From an uncultured delta proteobacterium (GTDB lineage: Bacteria; Desulfobacterota; Desulfomonilia; Desulfomonilales; Desulfomonilaceae), in NCBI GenBank assembly GCA_963789265.1, contig CAWBKB010000004.1, positions 64,001 to 128,000 on the forward strand: a stretch of DNA of 64,000 bases, written 5' to 3'. Position numbers and translations under genes: made by a program. Shown here in pieces: positions 1-10,375 of this stretch (the first letter of the stretch is position 1; each line of letters starts with the position of its first letter). The notes beneath the pieces were generated by a model. That model did not search any database and was not told the origin of the DNA. It worked only from the letters and a program-made list of their open reading frames with translations.

Positions 1-65
1 AAACTCTTGACATGAACCAGTCTCCTTGTCACGCCTCTTGGAGGTGAGGTCAATAATCTTTTATC

Positions 66-488
66 TTACTTCGAAGCTTCGACAAAAGCCATCCTTAATT
101 GAAACAAAGTCTCCGTAAGTATCTTTTTCTCCTGATCCGTGAGGTTGCCGCGAGTCTTTTCTTCAAGCATCGCCACGATGTCAATGGTCTGCCTGGCGCC
201 GGGCAGATCTTTCTGTGGTTCCTCAGATTCAGACACTTTGATGAACCCAAGTTGAAAAAGGGCTGTGTTGGCAAGGCTCAAAACAAAAGTTGAAAAATCG
301 AGCGGCCTCGGAGCTTCAGCCTTCTCCCCCCCGGTTCGTGGTTGCTCCTCCGGGGGAGGTTCCCGACGCGTCTCTTGCTGCAGAGGCTCCTTTTCAACGC
401 CCCCAGGTTCTTCTTTTGCCAACCCTTCGGTGGTAAACCGCCTTTTATCGGTCACTTTGAATTCGCCAGGTCGTTCAGACTCTTCCAT
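66..488 (-). CDS. DUF1844 domain protein
   Basis: FKVTDKRRF N-terminus and C-terminal DFSTFVLSL...ARQTIDIVAMLEEKTRGNL...L.LRMAFV motif; start taken at MEESE. Confidence 0.85.
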   Translation of the reverse strand: MEESERPGEFKVTDKRRFTTEGLAKEEPGGVEKEPLQQETRREPPPEEQPRTGGEKAEAPRPLDFSTFVLSLANTALFQLGFIKVSESEEPQKDLPGARQTIDIVAMLEEKTRGNLTDQEKKILTETLFQLRMAFVEASK

Positions 489-521
489 ACTGCTACTCCA
501 TGCTCCACCGCGTCTCAAAGG

Positions 522-1463
522 TCACAGACCCTGCCGGGGATTGATCGGATTACGTCGCTCGAACTCGGCCAAAAGATCTCGGGAGACGGAATCTACACGA
601 TGAGGAACTGCCACCTGGGTCGTTACGTACAGATCACCCCGCGCATCGCCTTTCAGGGACGGGAACCCTTTTCCCTTAAAACGAAAATTAGTGCCGGACT
701 GGGTCCCCGCGGGGATTTTCAGAATCAATCGTCCGTCAGGCCCCGGAATTTCCACCTTCGTTCCAAGGATCGCTTCGCCGATCGTTATCGGAATCACGAG
801 AAAAATGTGATCGCCATCCCTTCGGAAAAACCTATGAGGGCTTACAATTATGTCCAAGAATAGGTCGCCCGGAGGACCGCCGTACCTGCCCGGGGCTCCT
901 TGACCGGGTACTCGAATTCTAGAGCCTGTATCAACTCCGCCGGGGATGTGAACATTGATTCTACGTTCCAGGACCCGGACTACGGCCGAAGTCCCGTGAT
1001 AGGCCTCATTGAAGTCAATGGCCAGTTCGTACTCCAGGTCATCCCCTCGCGCCGGCCGGCGACTCCGAAACGACGAATCGGAATTCGCCCCAAAAAATTC
1101 GGAGAAAACATCATCAAACATGCCGCGTTTTGAAGTTCCGCCGAAGCTGCGAAAATCAAAACCGAATCCCGGACGTCCGAATCCGGTTTGGCCGAACGGG
1201 CTGCGGCCGCCGGACGAACTGTATCCCCTAGCCGTCGCCTCCAGGCCCTCATGGCCGAACATGTCATAGTTTCGGCGCTTCTCATTGTCGGCGAGGATCT
1301 CGTATGCCTCTGCCAACTCCTTGAATTGGACTTCAGACGCTTTGCTGTTATTATTTAAATCCGGATGATGACGCCTCGCCAGTTTCCGATAAGCTCGCTT
1401 GATTTCCTTATCGGAAGCGGACCGGCTCACCCCCAGTACCTTGTATGGGTCTCGTTTCAGCAT
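522..1463 (-). CDS. DnaJ-class co-chaperone, type II (CbpA-like, no Zn finger)
   Basis: DPYKVLGV...HHPD J-domain, G/F-rich linker, DnaJ C-terminal domain, no CxxCxGxG repeats. Confidence 0.92.
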   Translation of the reverse strand: MLKRDPYKVLGVSRSASDKEIKRAYRKLARRHHPDLNNNSKASEVQFKELAEAYEILADNEKRRNYDMFGHEGLEATARGYSSSGGRSPFGQTGFGRPGFGFDFRSFGGTSKRGMFDDVFSEFFGANSDSSFRSRRPARGDDLEYELAIDFNEAYHGTSAVVRVLERRINVHIPGGVDTGSRIRVPGQGAPGRYGGPPGDLFLDIIVSPHRFFRRDGDHIFLVIPITIGEAILGTKVEIPGPDGRLILKIPAGTQSGTNFRFKGKGFPSLKGDARGDLYVTTQVAVPHRVDSVSRDLLAEFERRNPINPRQGL

Positions 1464-1671
1464 CTCAGTTCTGTGCAGCGGCAACCTGTTGCGGTCCTCA
1501 GAAAACTCATAACGCATCTTCTTTCGCGGATTTCGCAGGCGCTTCCTGTATGCACAGGTTCAACGCGCTTCCGAGGATTGTTCGGAACATGAAGCCCACG
1601 GGCCTTCCTTATGGCCGGTAGCGTATATTCAAAAAAGGATTCAATTATGGGAGGCGAATCCCCGAGCCACA

Positions 1672-2112
1672 TCAGCGAAGATAGACAACTTCGACGCTTC
1701 GCTCGCGGTCGTCCTCAGATCTCGGTAGAAAAATCTCAAGAACACCGTCCACGTATCTGGCTTCGGCCTTGTCCACGTCTACTCTGCCGGGGAGAACGAA
1801 ACCACGCTCGAACGAGCCGTGCACTCGCTCTATACTCCTATATGCAGCGATATGCGGCTCCGATTCAAGCGGCCGTTCGCCGGATAATATCAAGCGATTT
1901 CCTCGCACTTCAATGTTAATGTTCTCGCGTCCCACCCCCGGGAGCTCAGCTCTGAACAAATAACCGTCCGGCGTTTCAAGAATGTCCACCGTCGGACACC
2001 AACAAGCCGTCCGTTTACATGTTCCTTCTTCCCCGAATGCATCAAACAGCCGACTCATCTTCTCTTGAAAATTCAGTAGATCTCTGAGAGGATCCCAACG
2101 ATTCAGTGTCAT
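1672..2112 (-). CDS. Hsp20/alpha-crystallin small heat-shock protein
   Basis: RWDPLRDL, VDILET, AELPGV, GSFERGF.LP, YVDGVLEI motifs. Confidence 0.93.
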   Translation of the reverse strand: MTLNRWDPLRDLLNFQEKMSRLFDAFGEEGTCKRTACWCPTVDILETPDGYLFRAELPGVGRENINIEVRGNRLILSGERPLESEPHIAAYRSIERVHGSFERGFVLPGRVDVDKAEARYVDGVLEIFLPRSEDDRERSVEVVYLR

Positions 2113-2238
2113 GCTGTCAACTCCGGATGAAAAAAGGCAAGTTTTCTGCTCTGATATTAATATTCCTTGTGCTGACATTAAGACTTTTTGCTCTCCTAGT
2201 CAAGGCCAAACAAGAAGAGCATCTGTGGCAGGGGGAGG

Positions 2239-3287
2239 CTACGGCTTAGGCGACGCGGCCATATAACCTTCTCTCCTCAGCTTGTTAACCAGCACCCAAC
2301 CTTTGCCTTTTGGTGCAGCAATTGTATGCGTCAGGCTCTTGCCGTTTGAGGTTGCCGGAAATACCGGGGCTGCCGCTTTGATTTTCGGATTTAACTCCAG
2401 GATTTCTCTGGGCGGAACTCCCGTTATGCGAGCAATTTCGGCTATTGAAAGATCCTTGTTAAGGATCAAACCAGTAACCTGGTCGAACGTAAAGGCGGGC
2501 GAATCCCTAAACTTCAGACCATAGGTCTCTCGGTGGGTATTGATGATCCACAAGGCAATCCACCTGACGATCAAATCTTCGGCGTTGTTAGGGAGCGGCA
2601 AGTCCCAATATTGACTGGTATTCCAGTGTTGCTGCAGATCCTGAATCGTTTTCGTGGAGGTAACATAGGCCGCCGCAGCCATAAGCCAGCTTGCCCCCCC
2701 TAGCTGTCCTCGAACTTCCTTGAGCCGCGCGGCAAAACACCGCGTGGAAAGTTCAAGGTCCGTCCGATCGTCATGCCACGAGTCTTCCGACATGACGACG
2801 CCGTCAGAAACTGTGCAAGGCTTCTCCAGTGCCCACCAGCCCACAACAGGCCCCTTCTGTGGGGGCTTCAGCGCCAGGGCCGACAGAAACAGGGGCAAAC
2901 AGGACAAATTCGTCCGGGACTCCCTCTTTTCGGAGGAGTTCCTCAAAGATCCATGCATATCGGCTTCTTTCTGTGAGCCAATCAGTACAGAACACTTCTG
3001 GCATCGAGCAACAGGAAATTGATCTGATATAGTATGCGAGATCGTACGTCCCGCCGTTGAACCGGGATCAGAGCGCCCGCAAAGCGGAAGGGTTTGTTCC
3101 CAAGCGATGCGGGAAGAGAGTACCTGGAACAGTTGGGGCGTGCCCCCTTTGTCGGCCCGGCCGCTTTCGTGGATGCCGGGAAAAGTCCGAAGAGCACGAT
3201 GAAACCGGCAACCAGGATCGCTTCCACGAGGGCCGATTTCACCACCGCGGTTAGATCCGGAAGCAGTTGAAGGTTATTTCTTTTCAA
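2239..3287 (-). CDS. MltD-like lytic-transglycosylase homologue, split by two frameshifts (about 2985 and 2890)
   Basis: ORFs 2982-3287, 2804-3004 and 2239-2958 join into signal/TM + SLT-like domain (DDRTDLELST...SWLMAAAAY) + LysM-like tail (EILELNP). Confidence 0.65.
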
Positions 3288-5010
3288 CCTTTATTTCTTG
3301 CTCCAATTTTTGAAGCTTCTCCTTCACTACGAGGTTGTCCGGATTGGCCTGGAGCGACTTTTGATAAGCTTCCAAGGCATCTTGTTTTCTGTTCTTGGCG
3401 AGCAGAATGTCCCCGAGATGTTCGGCCACAATAGGATCTGATTTGACTTTCTCTGTCGCCTTCTCCAGTCGCTCAAGCGCCTCGTCTGTCTTACCGGTCT
3501 TGAATAAGACCCATCCTAAAGAATCCATGATATAGCCATCGTCCGGCTTCAATGACGACGCCTTGCGGACAAGCTTCTCTGCCCTTTTCAGGTCTTTGCC
3601 AGCCGCTGCCAATGTGTAGCCGATAAAGTTGAGAGCGCTTGCGTCATCAGGATTTTCGGTAAGTATCTTCTCCATCTCGGCCATAGCTTGGCTGCGTCGG
3701 CCACTCTTTTCCAGAACATTCCCTAGAGAGTAGCGGATCTTGATGTTCTTCGGCTCTATCTCCAATGCCTTTTTGTAGACTTTGGCAGCCTCGTCGTACC
3801 TGTTTAGCTCTTCGAGAATCGAGCCCTTAATGTGAAAGAAGTCTGTCTCCTTAGTATCCGGGTCGATCGCCTCATCTATATATTTGAGGGCTTTGCCAAA
3901 ATCTTTGACTTTCAGAAACATTAGCGACAGCATGATCCTGGAATTGAGATATGTCGGTTGCCCTCTGCGAATCTGAACAAACTCCTTCTCGGCTTCGCCT
4001 AATTTTCCCTGTTCTTTAAGGATTCTCCCCAGGTGGAATCTAGCCTGGTCCCAACCGGGCTGGGTTTGAAGGACCTGATCGAGCAATTCTTTCGCTTTGT
4101 CAAAGCGTTTTTGCTCCGCAAGGATCAACGCCATTTTTATCTGAATCCCGAGATTAGAAGGCGCCAGCTTGGAAAGATCCTCAAACACCTTGTACGATTC
4201 CGAGAACTTCTTCTCACTGGCCAGGACCTGGCCCAGGCTCAGCCGAGCGTTGATATTAAAGGAATCCAGCTTCACAGCTTCTCTGAATTGCTCTTCAGCC
4301 TCGGGATACTTTTTCTGAAGGTAATAGATTCCTCCCAACTCTACATGGGCCTGGGCAGAGGTATCCGTTCCCTTCTCGACCAATTTCTTGAAAATCTCCT
4401 CTGCCTTGTCATACCTCTTGTCCTCTGCGTAGACCTTGCCTAGATAGAAATACCCTTCCTTTTCATCCGGAAACTGTTTGATCATCTTCGAGAAGGTCTT
4501 CTCAGCGTCCGGGAACAACTTCTGTGAGGCTTGGAGAGACCCTATAAAGACATAGAGATCCCGTTCGTCAGGCTTGAGTTCCAAAGCCCTATTGTACGCT
4601 TCGATAGCCCTGGTTCGGTCGCCGGTGACGGTGTAGATCTTGCCCAACAAGGTGTATGCCTCGACGTATTTCGGATCCAACATCGTGGCATTTCGAGCCA
4701 TCAGCAACGCCTCAGCCACTTTCCTGTTTCGAGCCAGCAGGTTGGCAACACGTGTGTTGAGATATGCCGACGTAGGGTCAAGCTTAAGAGCCTTGCGGAA
4801 GTACTCAATAACTGCTTCAGTTTGACCTTGGGCTTCCGCCTGCTCCCCCATAAGGAAGTACAAACCGGGGTCCTTCTCAAGATCGGGCAGGTCTAAAGCC
4901 TTCGGATCACCTGAGTGGAGTCTGGTGGCTGAGAATGACTGGCCCGCAAACAGAACCAACATTGCGACAAGCATTGCTAAAAAGGCGCGTGTCGGTGCAA
5001 TTTTTTTCAT
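3274..5010 (-). CDS. Secreted tetratricopeptide-repeat protein
   Basis: Signal peptide, many TPR units, ALNFIGY.LA / DSLGWV / EHLGD C-terminal motifs. Confidence 0.9.
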   Translation of the reverse strand: MKKIAPTRAFLAMLVAMLVLFAGQSFSATRLHSGDPKALDLPDLEKDPGLYFLMGEQAEAQGQTEAVIEYFRKALKLDPTSAYLNTRVANLLARNRKVAEALLMARNATMLDPKYVEAYTLLGKIYTVTGDRTRAIEAYNRALELKPDERDLYVFIGSLQASQKLFPDAEKTFSKMIKQFPDEKEGYFYLGKVYAEDKRYDKAEEIFKKLVEKGTDTSAQAHVELGGIYYLQKKYPEAEEQFREAVKLDSFNINARLSLGQVLASEKKFSESYKVFEDLSKLAPSNLGIQIKMALILAEQKRFDKAKELLDQVLQTQPGWDQARFHLGRILKEQGKLGEAEKEFVQIRRGQPTYLNSRIMLSLMFLKVKDFGKALKYIDEAIDPDTKETDFFHIKGSILEELNRYDEAAKVYKKALEIEPKNIKIRYSLGNVLEKSGRRSQAMAEMEKILTENPDDASALNFIGYTLAAAGKDLKRAEKLVRKASSLKPDDGYIMDSLGWVLFKTGKTDEALERLEKATEKVKSDPIVAEHLGDILLAKNRKQDALEAYQKSLQANPDNLVVKEKLQKLEQEIKVEKK

Positions 5011-5043
5011 GATATGTCTTGCCTCGTGCCGGATCGACGCGTG

Positions 5044-5721
5044 TCACCCATTTCCCGGCTTTGAAGATTTCAGTTTGTTGATAATATCAGTGTAGGGGGG
5101 ATGACCGAAAACAGCGCTTCCCGCCACGAATACGTCGGCCCCATGCCGAGCCAAATCCGGTGCCGTCTCGGGGCTCACGCCTCCGTCAACCTCGAGAAGG
5201 ATTTCTTGTCCCGAACGATCAATCATCTGTCTGATCGCCATCACCTTGGGAAGCATGGCGGGAATGAACGACTGGCCTCCGAATCCCGGGTTCACCGTCA
5301 TGACCATGATCACGTCGAGTTCCTCCATGACCCACTCCACAGCGCCTAGCCCCGTTGAAGGATTAAGCGCGGCGCCCGCTTTCACGCCCAATTCCCTAAT
5401 CCTTCGGAGCGTGCGATGCAGATGCCGGGCCGCCTCCGGGTGGACAGTAATTATGTCCGCGCCGGCGGCATGAAAATCTTCCAGGTAGCGGTCAGGGTCT
5501 GAGATCATCAGGTGAACATCTAGAGGAAGGTCTGCAACCCTTTTTGCGGCCTTCACGATCAAAGGGCCTATGGTGATATTGGGCACGAAATGGCCGTCCA
5601 TCACATCCAGGTGTATCCAGTCCGCGCCGGCTTCCTGCACTGCTCGAATCTCATCTCCAAGCCGAGTAAAGTCCGCGGAAAGTATGGAAGGAGAAACCAA
5701 AATGCTTTTGCTTATTCCCAC
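5044..5721 (-). CDS. rpe: Ribulose-phosphate 3-epimerase
   Basis: SPSILSADF, HLDVMDGHFVPN, MTVNPGFGGQ, VDGG motifs. Confidence 0.97.
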   Translation of the reverse strand: MGISKSILVSPSILSADFTRLGDEIRAVQEAGADWIHLDVMDGHFVPNITIGPLIVKAAKRVADLPLDVHLMISDPDRYLEDFHAAGADIITVHPEAARHLHRTLRRIRELGVKAGAALNPSTGLGAVEWVMEELDVIMVMTVNPGFGGQSFIPAMLPKVMAIRQMIDRSGQEILLEVDGGVSPETAPDLARHGADVFVAGSAVFGHPPYTDIINKLKSSKPGNG

Positions 5722-5802
5722 AGAACCTCTCTTTTCATGTCAATACTCGTCAAACGCAATCGACTAACCAAGTCTACGTAGAGCCCGGTACGACTGCTCA
5801 TA

Positions 5803-6816
5803 TCAAAGTTCAACACCTTGCAGCCGATACCCGCATTTGGGACAAAGCCCCTCTTTCAAAGTCTTTTTTTGTATCTTATATCCCGCTCGATCAATCAAAA
5901 GCTGAGAGCAGTCGGGACAGTATGTTTTTTCGCCGGGATCCCAGGGGACATTACCTGTATAAACATATTTCAGCCCCTCATCAAGTCCGGCCCGCCTCAC
6001 TCGACGAAGAACTTCGACATCTGTGGGGGGTAACGTTTGTTCTTTGTACTGTGGGTAATACCGGCTGACATGCCAAGGGGTTTCCGCGCCGAGATCGGTC
6101 CGGATGAACCGAGCCAACTCCCGCACCTCGGTGGGATCGTCGTTCAGTGTTGGGATGAGAAGGGTTGTCACCTCCAGCCATATACCAAGTTCTTTCATGT
6201 ATCGCAGCGTATCCATTACGCCTTCTCGCCTGGCTTTGCAATAATGTAGATAAAAGCGGTCGTTGAAAGCCTTTAAATCGACGTTGGCCGCGTCAATAAG
6301 ACCTTTTGAATGGTCGAGCATGTCCCGGGTCATGTAGCCATTAGTAACAAATACATTGAGAATTCCAGCCCTTCTTGCTTCAATCATCGTATCGTGAGCC
6401 AGTTCGTAGTATATGGTCGGCTCAGTATATGTATAAGCGATGCTTCGGCATTCGTTCGCGAGGGCCATGGATACTATATCGGCCGGAGAATAGGCCTCCC
6501 CGATTATACGCCCCCTGTCCCGTGGCATCTGAGAGATTGAAAAATTCTGACAGAATGAGCAGAAAAAGTTGCAACCCACTGTTGCGATTGAGAAGGATTT
6601 GCTCCCGGGAGCAAAGTGGAAAAGCGGTTTCTTTTCGATCGGGTCCACGTTCGTGGAGATAACCTTGTCGTAGACAAGCGTGTAAAGCATTCCATCCGTA
6701 TTCAAACGAACACCGCAAATCCCCTTCTTTCCTTGATCGATCTTACAACCATGACGGCAAAGCCGGCATTTGACGACACTATTTTCCAGTCGGTCGTACA
6801 AAACCGCTTCTTTCAT
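5803..6816 (-). CDS. amrS: AmmeMemoRadiSam-system radical SAM enzyme
   Basis: CxLC.H.C..CGVR N-terminus, DPIEKKPLFHF.PG, CNFFCSFC radical SAM motif, C-terminal Zn ribbon. Confidence 0.9.
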   Translation of the reverse strand: MKEAVLYDRLENSVVKCRLCRHGCKIDQGKKGICGVRLNTDGMLYTLVYDKVISTNVDPIEKKPLFHFAPGSKSFSIATVGCNFFCSFCQNFSISQMPRDRGRIIGEAYSPADIVSMALANECRSIAYTYTEPTIYYELAHDTMIEARRAGILNVFVTNGYMTRDMLDHSKGLIDAANVDLKAFNDRFYLHYCKARREGVMDTLRYMKELGIWLEVTTLLIPTLNDDPTEVRELARFIRTDLGAETPWHVSRYYPQYKEQTLPPTDVEVLRRVRRAGLDEGLKYVYTGNVPWDPGEKTYCPDCSQLLIDRAGYKIQKKTLKEGLCPKCGYRLQGVEL

Positions 6817-8270
6817 CTCCCGGGCTCCTTGAGGGACGCGAACAGCATGGCATTGAGGCCGTCAAAACTCCCGTTGGACATTATCAAAACCACGTCCCCT
6901 GACCGAAGCTCGTTCAAAAGAAATCCGAGAATATCGTCTGTACCGTCGAATGCTCGGGAAACTTTCCCCAGGTGCCTCAAATCCAGAGCCAACCGCTCGG
7001 AACTGAATCGCTCCGCCGGAGGAATTCCGACCACATTGCCAGGCTCCTTGAGAACGATCAGATCCGCGCAAAGAAAAGCATCCACGTACAATTCTTGAAA
7101 TACCGCCCGCTTGCTCGAATTGGTGCGTGGCTCGAATACTGCTACCAGCCGCCTATTCGGATAGCGGGAACGAATACCCTCACATGTGACTTTGACCGCA
7201 GTCGGATGATGGGCGAAATCATCAATTAATAGTATCCCCGACTTTTCTCCCCAGATTTCCTGTCTACGCTTTACGCCTTTGAAGGAGCCCAACGCGTCCA
7301 TGGCCCGTTGAGGATCTACGCCCACATTCGCAGTAGCTGCAATAGCTGCGACTGCATTTATCACATTATGAAAGCCGAACACCGGCAATGTTCCCGCAGC
7401 CGCCATCCTGTCGTCCTTCGTGATCACCGCTACTATACCTTCGGGACGATCGTGAAATTCGGCAACGCGCCACCTCACGGTGGATTCAAACCCGAATGTC
7501 TCAACCGATCGGTTGCCTTCTCTTATTATCTCCCGAACCGCTCCATCCTCTCCATTCGCGATAAGCCGCCCATTGGACAGCGTAATTTCCGCGAAAGCGC
7601 GGAATTGGTGTTTAATTTCTTCTAGGCTGGCGTAAATGTCTGCATGGTCGAATTCACAGGATGTTATCACGGCTATTGCCGGGATATAATGAAGGAGTTT
7701 CGGCGTCTTGTCAAAATAAGCGGTGTCGTATTCGTCCCCTTCAATTACAAACAAAGGACCGCCACCCAGTCGATAATTTCTGTTGAAGTTTATCGGGACG
7801 CCCCCGATCATGAAACCCGGGTCGTGCTGTTCCTGGTAAAGGATCCACGAGATCATAGCGCTGACTGTAGTCTTGCCGTGCGTCCCGGCAACGACGATGC
7901 AGGTCTTGTCGCCGATAAAGTAGGTCTTCAGCGCCTGCGGCATTGAGGTGAAGGGAATGCCCGATCTTTCTAGCTCAACTGCTTCGGGATTGGTCCGGCG
8001 GATAACATTGCCCACAACAACCAGGTCGGGGACGGAATCAAGATTAGATGCCCGGTATCCTTCCATTATGCCGATCCCTAAATCCCTCAAGAAATCGCTC
8101 ATAGGCGGATACACCGACTCATCCGAGCCGGTCACTCTGTAACCTCTTTCATGAAACATTCCTGCCAAAGAAGCCATTGCAGTTCCGCAAATCCCCATCA
8201 AGTGCACGCGCGCAGGGGGCGGCAGCAAAGGAATACGGTCAGGATCGCCTTTTAGTGCGCCATTTTCCAT
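6813..8270 (-). CDS. mpl: UDP-N-acetylmuramate:L-alanyl-gamma-D-glutamyl-meso-diaminopimelate ligase
   Basis: GICGTAM, VYPPMS, AGTHGKTT, EGDEYDTAYFDK, DDFAHHPTA, MSNGSF motifs. Confidence 0.93.
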   Translation of the reverse strand: MENGALKGDPDRIPLLPPPARVHLMGICGTAMASLAGMFHERGYRVTGSDESVYPPMSDFLRDLGIGIMEGYRASNLDSVPDLVVVGNVIRRTNPEAVELERSGIPFTSMPQALKTYFIGDKTCIVVAGTHGKTTVSAMISWILYQEQHDPGFMIGGVPINFNRNYRLGGGPLFVIEGDEYDTAYFDKTPKLLHYIPAIAVITSCEFDHADIYASLEEIKHQFRAFAEITLSNGRLIANGEDGAVREIIREGNRSVETFGFESTVRWRVAEFHDRPEGIVAVITKDDRMAAAGTLPVFGFHNVINAVAAIAATANVGVDPQRAMDALGSFKGVKRRQEIWGEKSGILLIDDFAHHPTAVKVTCEGIRSRYPNRRLVAVFEPRTNSSKRAVFQELYVDAFLCADLIVLKEPGNVVGIPPAERFSSERLALDLRHLGKVSRAFDGTDDILGFLLNELRSGDVVLIMSNGSFDGLNAMLFASLKEPGR

Positions 8271-8589
8271 GATCGTCAGGTGCTATCATCCTGTCGCCAT
8301 CCTGTCAAGCAGTAGAAAAAACAGGAAGATTCATACTGATTCGTTTTCAAGCAAGTGATATCAGTTTCCTATCAAACGACAAGTGCAGCGCGGATTTGAC
8401 AAGCCCGCCCGCGAGACACGGGGTGGCACCCGGGATCTCATGAATGGATGTTGGGGGCCATCCCGCGTCTCGCGGGAAGCACCGTCATGGTGCCGGGTCA
8501 GTGCCGTTCGCTATTTGCCGGATTTCACTTATTTGCGAGCGAAGTGGTATCAGATTATGTCAAGTCTCTTCTGCAATGACACGCCCCCC

Positions 8590-8647
8590 AAAAAAAAGCC
8601 CGACCGGTGAGTCGGACTTTGGAGGGTATGAGAGAAATCGGTCGGGC
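8590..8647 (-). terminator. Intrinsic terminator downstream of the outer-membrane protein gene
   Basis: gcccgaccg...cggtcgggc stem followed by a T run on the minus strand. Confidence 0.65.
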
Positions 8648-8694
8648 AACAAAAAATCGGGGGGAGGAAAGGGCTTACACCGGCTACACGGCCA

Positions 8695-9687
8695 TCAGAA
8701 AAGGAATCCTACCTGGACAAAGGCTCCATCCAGGGTAGTGTTAAACATCCTGCGAGATTTTTCTTTTTTGAGATAGGTGTAGTGGTAACCGCCCTTGATA
8801 AAGCCGAATCGCCCTGTCTTGATGGGAATCAGGTAGCTCAGGGCCGCCTCTGCATCGTAACCGATGCTGTCGTTCAAAAAAGCGACCCCACCTCTTCCAC
8901 TGAGAGCCAAGGTATTGCCGCGGAAGTTCTTCAGACACTTTTCAAACTCGAGACCGGTGAAGGCCAAATTTTTGGTGTCGTCCATAGCAACTGCCGCAAC
9001 AGTACCTCCTCCTACAGAAAGCTTGTCCTGAACATTGAGCCATTCCATAACGAAGTTGGTGGCGCTGTACGTTGTCCGGCTTAGAGTAAAGACGATACCG
9101 GCCCTATTTTCGTAACGCTCCCATTTGGAGTGAACAGGGGTGCCCGCCGCGAAGGTCTGGCCGTGGAAGCTAAAAGCTGTCGTGGGAAAATTTGTGGCCT
9201 CCATCTGCATTGGTGCAAAGGAGTACCTGATCGCCCACCGCGGCCGTATCTGATACTGAGCTTCGATCGACCAGAACGCGTTGCCTGTCTTATTGAATCC
9301 CAAGTGGTCGTTAAAATCGACTACTGCGGTTTGGACCCCCGTGAGATCGGTGCCGCTGCGAGCCGACCCTTGCAATCGAGCGAAAAGGACCTTTGTTCCG
9401 AGGACGAACTGCCCCTTTGCCGGCATCGGGAGGCAACAACCCGACCACCAATTTATGGGGTTATACCGGGACAAGCCTCTGAATCGGGAAGATATACCCC
9501 AAGGCTTCACCTTCAGGATCTTGGGCGCTGAGGTCGGAGGCGGCTTCACCTTTGAGATTGCCTTATATCCGGAGGCGCCGGTGCAGGGGTCATAGGTAGT
9601 TTGCGAGGAGTCCGCGAAAGCGGCAGCCGAGAGCACCGTCACGGTAGAAATCAATACACACAAGTACTTAATGAAGTTTCTTAACAT
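8695..9687 (-). CDS. Putative outer-membrane beta-barrel protein
   Basis: Signal peptide, alternating amphipathic strands, C-terminal ...GAFVQVGFLF ending in Phe; GGAGG upstream of MLRNF. Confidence 0.7.
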   Translation of the reverse strand: MLRNFIKYLCVLISTVTVLSAAAFADSSQTTYDPCTGASGYKAISKVKPPPTSAPKILKVKPWGISSRFRGLSRYNPINWWSGCCLPMPAKGQFVLGTKVLFARLQGSARSGTDLTGVQTAVVDFNDHLGFNKTGNAFWSIEAQYQIRPRWAIRYSFAPMQMEATNFPTTAFSFHGQTFAAGTPVHSKWERYENRAGIVFTLSRTTYSATNFVMEWLNVQDKLSVGGGTVAAVAMDDTKNLAFTGLEFEKCLKNFRGNTLALSGRGGVAFLNDSIGYDAEAALSYLIPIKTGRFGFIKGGYHYTYLKKEKSRRMFNTTLDGAFVQVGFLF

Positions 9688-10375
9688 AACACCCTCCCTC
9701 AGGGTTCTAATGTCTTGCGATTTCGACCTTACCAATATTTTCCAGGATGTCAAGAAAAAAATGATGTTGAATTGGAATGTTACTTGAAATATCTAGAAAC
9801 TAGTTTAATTAAACGAGAGGCTAATTTCCATAAACTGCCTCCAGATGCGGATAATATTACAAATTGCTGCTTTGTCGCCCCATCCTCTTCAACAAGGCGT
9901 ACAACTTGCTGAAATTACCAGGTAAATACGCATCCAACCGTCCGAGGAAGCCCACGCGGTCACAATCCTGTGAATCGTTGCTTGAATAAAATCTGACAAC
10001 ATACTGATAATGAAGCGTGTTTTATATAGATGATAAACAAGAGGGTGAATGTGGCGAGGACCTGACAATACGAGATCCGTTGCACCCCGGGCCGTATGTT
10101 TACCGGTTCTTGCGCGCCACAAACCTGCTCCCCCCAGGACGGAGGTCAGGTCTGTGCCGATTTTGCCGCCAACCGATTCTCACTCTTTGATAAAGAACCG
10201 CCAGGTAATATTCCGGAGCCGAAAAGTGGCGGAGATGGAAAGGGTACGCAGAGGGGGGGCAGGTCCTGAGTTGACGTTCAAAATCGTAAAGGTCTAAAAT
10301 CGTGAGAACAGCAGCCGAACCGTGGCCTGTTGCCGGATCGGGAAAGAAAGGTTAGGTCTCTTGCGGTGAGGGTTT

